DNA of 22,774 nucleotides from a virus (Duplodnaviria; Heunggongvirae; Uroviricota; Caudoviricetes): IMG/VR virus record IMGVR_UViG_2675903366_000010, positions 1 to 22,774 of that record; one strand, 5' to 3'. Shown piece by piece: positions 18,038 to 22,774 of this stretch (position 1 is its first letter; each line of letters starts with the position of its first letter). The notes under the pieces were generated by a model. It saw only the letters and a program-made list of their open reading frames with translations, ran no database searches and was not told where the DNA came from. The position numbers and the translations under genes were made by a program.

Positions 18038-18796
18038 ATGAGTTGTAAGCCAATGTTATCATCTTGTATTGGGGTGGTTATGAAGGATGGTGCACTGCTC
18101 AGGAGTTCTTCACTTTTTATTGCCTACATGGGATGCCTTGGATGGGGGAGTGCTTATTTCTATGGATGGGGTACTTCTTTTTACTACGGCTTCCCATGGT
18201 GGATTGTAGGTGCAGGTGTTGATGATGTTGCCAGAAGTTTATTTTTTGCAGTTATCGTCATTGCTATATTTCTTATCGGTTGGGGTATTGGTGTTGTATT
18301 CTTTTTCGCAGTGAAAAGAAAACATTCTATGCAAGAGCTAAATGTATTTCGCCTTTATTTTGCTGTGGAATTATTGTTTGTGCCGGCAATTATTGAGTTT
18401 TCTATATTGAGACAGAAGATTCAGGTACCTCTTTTGCTACTGTCAGCAGCGATTGCGCTGGCGGTTACAATTTCGATAAGATCTTATGGGCGATTTTTAT
18501 CGGTATCATGCTTCTATGATAAGCCATTTATAAAAAAACATTTTTTTGAGATTGTGATGATTGCTTTTGTGGCATATTTTTGGCTTTTTTCATTTCTGAC
18601 AGGATATTACAAACCGCAGTTTAAGAAAGAATATGAAATGATTAATTATAATGATGGTTGGTATTATGTTCTTGCTCGTTATGATAATTGTCTGGTTTTG
18701 TCTACTTCTTTCAATGCAGGTAGTAAAAGGTTTGTCATTTATCAATCAGCACAAGATAAGAATCTTCAGGTTGATATTGTAAGGACCAGAATTTAA
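18038..18796 (+). CDS. Hypothetical polytopic membrane protein (252 aa, at least 4 TM segments, aromatic/Gly-rich N-region), AT-rich late-region cargo
   Basis: Long ORF in strongly AT/T-rich DNA; hydrophobic runs FFAVIVIAIFLIGWGIGVVFFFAV, LLLLSAAIALAVTISI, IVMIAFVAYFWLFSFL; alternative ATG starts at 18053 and 18080. Confidence 0.6.
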   Translation: MSCKPMLSSCIGVVMKDGALLRSSSLFIAYMGCLGWGSAYFYGWGTSFYYGFPWWIVGAGVDDVARSLFFAVIVIAIFLIGWGIGVVFFFAVKRKHSMQELNVFRLYFAVELLFVPAIIEFSILRQKIQVPLLLLSAAIALAVTISIRSYGRFLSVSCFYDKPFIKKHFFEIVMIAFVAYFWLFSFLTGYYKPQFKKEYEMINYNDGWYYVLARYDNCLVLSTSFNAGSKRFVIYQSAQDKNLQVDIVRTRI

Positions 18797-19225
18797 TTGG
18801 CTGCATAAATAATATTTTAAGTTGCAAGTTGGCTATTCGTAGGAATAGAACCTTAGGCATGCTGAATGCGTTTTCTGAACATTGTTTTATAAACTGTGTC
18901 TGCTTGCTGTTGTGATCCTGCTTTTAGTGATGGTGATGATGGATTTCACCAGCAGGATAATGTTGGTACTGACAGATGGCGCTCTGGTCTGCGGCATTGT
19001 GGTATTGCTGTGGCCGATGATGAAAGAACAGAATGAATAATTCTTGACTTTTTTGTTTACTGTTTATTAAAAAATCAACCGCATGGTGAATCCTCCTTGG
19101 AGGGGCTAAATGATCGAGTTTTAAGGGCACGTAGCGAGTTCTGTTTGATCATTGCAGAACTTAGCGGGAGGCGCCATGCGTACATCACTAGTGTTATTCC
19201 TTTTATCATTTTCCTTGTGAGTTCT

Positions 19226-19252
19226 GGCTGCGCATTGCGCAGCCTTTTTTTT
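19226..19252 (+). terminator. Intrinsic terminator directly after a 14-codon mini-ORF
   Basis: GGCTGCG-cattg-CGCAGCC followed by T8. Confidence 0.75.
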
Positions 19253-19338
19253 ATGACCTGCCACTGGCAGATGGTCATCCTGTGATTTGATTCCGCTTCC
19301 GGCTTTTTAACACTGTTCCTCTACACGGGAGAAATTCG

Positions 19339-21189
19339 ATGTCGATTAAACATTACGATGTTGTCAGGGCGGCGTCGCCGTCAGACCTTGCGGAAAAGCT
19401 GACACACAAACTGAAAGAGGGCTGGCAGCCATACGGCGGACCGGTTGCCATTACGCCGTACACACTGATGCAGGCGGTGGCTATTGAAGGAGAGCCACAG
19501 GTCGGCCCTTCATCTGAGCCGGATTGGTACTACGTCATCGTACTGGCCGGGCAGTCCAATGCCATGGCTTACGGTGAAGGGCTTCCGCTGCCGGATTCAT
19601 ACGATGCTCCGGATCCGCGCATTAAACAGCTGGCGCGCCGCAGTACAGTGACGCCGGGCGGGGCTGCCTGCAGATATAACGATATTATTCCGGCTGACCA
19701 CTGTCTGCATGATGTGCAGGATATGAGTACGCTGAATCATCCGAGGGCTGACCTGAGCAAAGGGCAGTACGGCTGTGTCGGTCAGGGTTTACATATTGCC
19801 AAAAAACTGCTCCCGTATATCCCGAATAACGCGGGGATCCTGCTGGTACCATGCTGTCGTGGTGGTTCGGCATTTACCCAGGGCGCGGAGGGGACATTCA
19901 GCGAGTCCACGGGGGCCAGTCAGGATTCGGCACGCTGGGGGGTGGGCAAGCCGTTATATCAGGATCTGATTTCCCGCACAAAAGCGGCATTGCAGAAAAA
20001 TCCCAAAAACGTTCTGCTGGCCGTCTGCTGGATGCAGGGTGAGTTTGACATGAGCGCCGCCACCCACGCACAGCAACCTGCGCTGTTTACAGCCATGCTG
20101 ACACAGTTTCGTGCTGACCTCTCCGTGTTTAACGCGCAGTGCCATGGTGGCAGTGCTGCAGATGTGCCGTGGGTTTGTGGTGACACGACGTATTACTGGA
20201 AAAATACATACGCTACCCAGTACGACACCGTGTACGGCGGGTATAAAAACAGGGAGAGTGAGGGCGTTTATTTTGTGCCCTTCATGACAGATGGTAACGG
20301 CGTCAATACCGCCACTAACGCGCCGGCAGAAGATCCGGATATTCCGGCATCAGGATATTACGGTGCGGCATCGAGAACGAATGGAAACCAGGTATCATCA
20401 AACCGCCCGACACATTTCAGTTCATGGGCGCGCAGGAGCATTATTCCGGATCGTCTGGCAACCGCTATTCTGAACGCAGCCGGGCGCACCTCAGCCTTCA
20501 TCAGTGGTAAGGCACCGGAAATCAAACCCTCGCCCGGCGGCAACACGCCATCGGGTCCGTCTGCAGATACGTCCGTTCGCACAATCTCCCTGCTGCCGGC
20601 AGCCGGAGAGGCTGCTGCGCAGGGCTGGAGCATTAAGGATGGCGGAATTCAGTTGTCAGATGGTGTATTTAAGATCACCAAGCAGAGCAATAAAACCTGG
20701 TCCCTGACGCATCCGGTGGATGACGCAATTACCCTGCTGACACAGGGCGGCAGACTGACCTGTAAGTTCCGCCTGTCAGGCGCACTGACCAACAATCAGT
20801 TCGGGCTGGGGATTTATCTGTATACGGATGCTCCCGTTCCTGATGGTGTGGCGATGACGGGTACCGGTAATCCGTTCCTGATGTCGTACTTCACTCAGAC
20901 CACTGACGGCAGAGTGAATCTGATGCATCACAGGAAAGCCGGAAACACGAAGCTGGGGGAGTTCGGCGATTACGGTAACGACTGGCAGACGCTGGAGCTG
21001 GTGTTCACCGCCGGCAGTGCCACGGTTACTCCGAAACTGAATGGAGTGGCTGGCCCGGCATTCCAGGTTATAAAAGACAGTCTGACACTGGGACTGAATG
21101 CGCTGACGCTGACGGATGTTACAAAAAATGCAGCGTATGGCGTTGAGATAGAAAGTCTGATGCTGGAGATAAATGCACCGGCAGCATAA
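19339..21189 (+). CDS. nanS: NanS-p-type sialate O-acetylesterase (DUF1737 N-domain, SGNH/SASA esterase domain, C-terminal domain)
   Basis: 616-aa ORF; N-terminal MSIKHYDVVRAASPSDLAEKLTHKLKEGWQPYGGPV (DUF1737-like) followed by VIVLAGQSNAMAYGEG (GQSN block of SGNH hydrolases); GGGAG 7 nt upstream; same late-region position as nanS-p genes of Stx and other lambdoid prophages. Confidence 0.8.
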   Translation: MSIKHYDVVRAASPSDLAEKLTHKLKEGWQPYGGPVAITPYTLMQAVAIEGEPQVGPSSEPDWYYVIVLAGQSNAMAYGEGLPLPDSYDAPDPRIKQLARRSTVTPGGAACRYNDIIPADHCLHDVQDMSTLNHPRADLSKGQYGCVGQGLHIAKKLLPYIPNNAGILLVPCCRGGSAFTQGAEGTFSESTGASQDSARWGVGKPLYQDLISRTKAALQKNPKNVLLAVCWMQGEFDMSAATHAQQPALFTAMLTQFRADLSVFNAQCHGGSAADVPWVCGDTTYYWKNTYATQYDTVYGGYKNRESEGVYFVPFMTDGNGVNTATNAPAEDPDIPASGYYGAASRTNGNQVSSNRPTHFSSWARRSIIPDRLATAILNAAGRTSAFISGKAPEIKPSPGGNTPSGPSADTSVRTISLLPAAGEAAAQGWSIKDGGIQLSDGVFKITKQSNKTWSLTHPVDDAITLLTQGGRLTCKFRLSGALTNNQFGLGIYLYTDAPVPDGVAMTGTGNPFLMSYFTQTTDGRVNLMHHRKAGNTKLGEFGDYGNDWQTLELVFTAGSATVTPKLNGVAGPAFQVIKDSLTLGLNALTLTDVTKNAAYGVEIESLMLEINAPAA

Positions 21190-21190
21190 T

Positions 21191-21490
21191 AAAAAAAGCC
21201 AGCGACTGACCTGAAAAAGAAGACGCTGGCTAAAAGGCCTTATATGTTTGTAGAGACTTATTTTTCACAGACAGCAATGATGCCTGTCAATATATTATCA
21301 ATATGCGGATTGTTTCAGTTACAGATGCCTTATTAAGGAAAAAAACAGCCAGCACTGACTTTCGGTGGAGAGGTGCTGGCTCAAAAGGATAGATGTACTT
21401 CACATGTTGCTTCTATATGGCAGTACATTTTCTGACAGACAGTGACGGATGTTGTCAAGATATTGTGTCATTTATAACCTGAATCAGGGG
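21191..21490. repeat. Two diverged tandem copies (about 150 bp each) of an element beginning with an A7 run and a long-loop hairpin
   Basis: Copy A 21191-21338, copy B 21339-21490; hairpin stems AGCCAGCG/CGCTGGCT (21197-21231) and AGCCAGCAC/GTGCTGGCT (21347-21381) differ by a compensatory pair; shared blocks TTTTC-GACAGACAG and TGTCAA-ATATT. Confidence 0.5.
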
Positions 21491-21555
21491 AGGCCGGAAT
21501 GTTATCTGGCATTTTTAGCAGAGCCTGAATGCCATAATCACGGCTCCCGGCGTTG

Positions 21556-21592
21556 GCCGTCAGTGGGTGACACTGGCGGCTTTTTTGTTTTT
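21556..21592 (+). terminator. Strong intrinsic terminator immediately upstream of the holin gene
   Basis: GCCGTCAGTG-ggtga-CACTGGCGGC (10-bp stem with one G-T pair) followed by TTTTTTGTTTTT. Confidence 0.75.
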
Positions 21593-21636
21593 CTTTACTT
21601 TCATTTTCTGTCGGCGGTGACGGAGACATACATCAG

Positions 21637-21843
21637 ATGGAAAAAATCACAACAGGTGTGTCATACACCACGTCAGCGGTGGGGACGGGATACTGGTTAC
21701 TGCAGCTGCTGGACAAAGTCTCTCCGTCCCAGTGGGTGGCAATAGGTGTGCTGGGAAGTCTGCTGTTTGGCCTGCTGACGTATCTGACAAATCTTTATTT
21801 CAAGATTAAAGAAGATAAGCGTAAGGCTGCGAGAGGTGAATAA
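21637..21843 (+). CDS. S: Class II holin, phage 21 S (pinholin) type
   Basis: 68-aa [71 protein letters not shown] closely resembling S21 from memory; two TM segments. Confidence 0.9.
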   Translation: MEKITTGVSYTTSAVGTGYWLLQLLDKVSPSQWVAIGVLGSLLFGLLTYLTNLYFKIKEDKRKAARGE

Positions 21844-22340
21844 TGTCGCCGTCATTACGCAAGGCTGTTGCAGCTGCTATTGGTGGTGGGGCTGTTGCCA
21901 TAGCGTCTGTGCTCATCACTGGTCCAGGTGGTAACGATGGTCTGGAAGGTGTCAGCTACATACCATACAAAGATATCGTTGGCGTATGGACTGTATGTCA
22001 CGGACACACCGGAAAAGACATCATGCCCGGTAAAACGTATACCGAAGCAGAATGCAAAGCCCTCCTGAATAAAGACCTTGCCACGGTCGCCAGACAAATT
22101 AACCCGTACATCAACGTCGATATACCGGAAACAACGCGCGGCGCTCTTTACTCGTTCGTTTACAACGTGGGCGCTGGCAATTTCAGAACATCGACGCTTC
22201 TTCGCAAAATAAACCAGGGCGATATCAAAAGCGCATGTGATCAGCTACGGCGCTGGACATACGCTGGCGGTAAGCAATGGAAAGGGCTGATGACTCGCCG
22301 CGAGATTGAGCGTGAAGTCTGTTTGTGGAGGCAACAATGA
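21843..22340 (+). CDS. R: SAR endolysin (lysozyme with N-terminal signal-arrest-release domain), phage 21 R type
   Basis: 165-aa ORF; Gly/Ala-rich weakly hydrophobic N-terminus ([20 protein letters not shown]) followed by a T4-lysozyme-like catalytic region; overlaps the holin stop. Confidence 0.9.
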   Translation: MSPSLRKAVAAAIGGGAVAIASVLITGPGGNDGLEGVSYIPYKDIVGVWTVCHGHTGKDIMPGKTYTEAECKALLNKDLATVARQINPYINVDIPETTRGALYSFVYNVGAGNFRTSTLLRKINQGDIKSACDQLRRWTYAGGKQWKGLMTRREIEREVCLWRQQ

Positions 22341-22774
22341 GCAGGGTAACCGTTATTATCTCCGCTCTGGTTATCTGCATTATCGCCTGCCTGTCATGGG
22401 CTGTTAATCATTACCGTGATAACGCCATCGCCTACAAAGAGCAGCGCGATAAAGCCACATCCATCATCGCTGATATGCAGAAGCGGCAACGTGATGTAGC
22501 AGAACTTGACGCCAGATACACAAAGGAGCTTGCTGATGCTAATGCGACTATCGAAAGTCTCCGTGCTGATGTTTCTGCTGGGCGTAAGCGCCTGCAAGTC
22601 TCCGCCACCTGTGCAAAGTCAACGACCGGAGCCAGCAGCATGGGCGATGGAGAAAGCCCAGGACTTACAGCAGATGCTGAACTCAATTATTACCGTCTCC
22701 GAGGTGGAATCGACAAGATAACCGCGCAGGTTAACTACCTGCAGGAATACATCAGGACGCAGTGCTTAAAATAA
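22337..22774 (+). CDS. Rz: Rz inner-membrane spanin subunit
   Basis: Starts [34 protein letters not shown] (lambda Rz-like) after GGAGG; single N-terminal TM, coiled-coil-rich periplasmic domain; stop at window end. Confidence 0.85.
   Translation: MSRVTVIISALVICIIACLSWAVNHYRDNAIAYKEQRDKATSIIADMQKRQRDVAELDARYTKELADANATIESLRADVSAGRKRLQVSATCAKSTTGASSMGDGESPGLTADAELNYYRLRGGIDKITAQVNYLQEYIRTQCLK
22536..22721 (+). CDS. Rz1: Rz1 outer-membrane lipoprotein spanin, embedded in the +1 frame of Rz
   Basis: ATG at 22536 preceded by AAGGAG at 7 nt; signal with VSAC lipobox then proline-rich [13 protein letters not shown]; nested within Rz. Confidence 0.7.
   Translation: MLMRLSKVSVLMFLLGVSACKSPPPVQSQRPEPAAWAMEKAQDLQQMLNSIITVSEVESTR

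Noticed and set aside
18924-19130. 68-aa minus-strand ORF ending in five consecutive His codons, and a 36-codon hydrophobic plus-strand ORF (18930-19040)
   Set aside because: Neither has a Shine-Dalgarno sequence; the His run is only five codons and is not flanked by vector-like sequence, so not treated as an engineered tag; the plus-strand peptide is possible but unsupported
19685-20633. Several 60-91-aa ORFs on both strands within nanS-p
   Set aside because: Embedded in the 616-aa esterase gene; GC-rich shadow frames
17801-21636. Shiga toxin or other toxin genes between Q and the lysis cassette
   Set aside because: The only ORFs are the 252-aa membrane protein and the nanS-p esterase; no A/B-subunit-like pair present
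21449-21745. 98-aa plus-strand ORF spanning the repeat region and overlapping the holin out of frame
   Set aside because: Crosses a strong terminator and overlaps the well-supported holin gene; no RBS

Overview
This window holds the host gene ybhC, a lambda-type attL, and about 21.4 kb of the left and central part of an integrated lambdoid prophage. All calls rest on reading the sequence and on remembered protein and site sequences; no database search was run, and lambda reference comparisons are from memory. The backbone is recognisable: int-xis, the pL early-left operon (TraR-like, exo, bet, gam, kil, cIII, ea10, N), a phage-434-type immunity region (cI and cro with six 14-bp 434 operators), cII-O(ori)-P-ren, a variant nin region (ninB, ninE, Roi-like, Rha/KilAC antirepressor, DUF1364, rusA, ninH-like), Q, and a phage-21-type lysis cassette (pinholin, SAR endolysin, Rz/Rz1). 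The most interesting content is four AT-rich single-gene cargo ORFs with no family I can recognise, each at a classical accessory locus: a 200-aa membrane protein on the opposite strand near xis, a 293-aa protein coupled to N where lambda has ral/sieB, a 134-aa secreted protein coupled to cI where lambda has rexAB, and a 252-aa polytopic membrane protein in the late operon upstream of a nanS-p-type esterase. Other observations: a 1-nt frameshift that removes the long form of Gam, a strong-RBS 14-codon mini-ORF abutting a terminator, diverged tandem hairpin repeats before the holin, and a motif-rich regulatory intergenic region upstream of the antirepressor module. No rRNA, tRNA, CRISPR array or toxin gene was seen.
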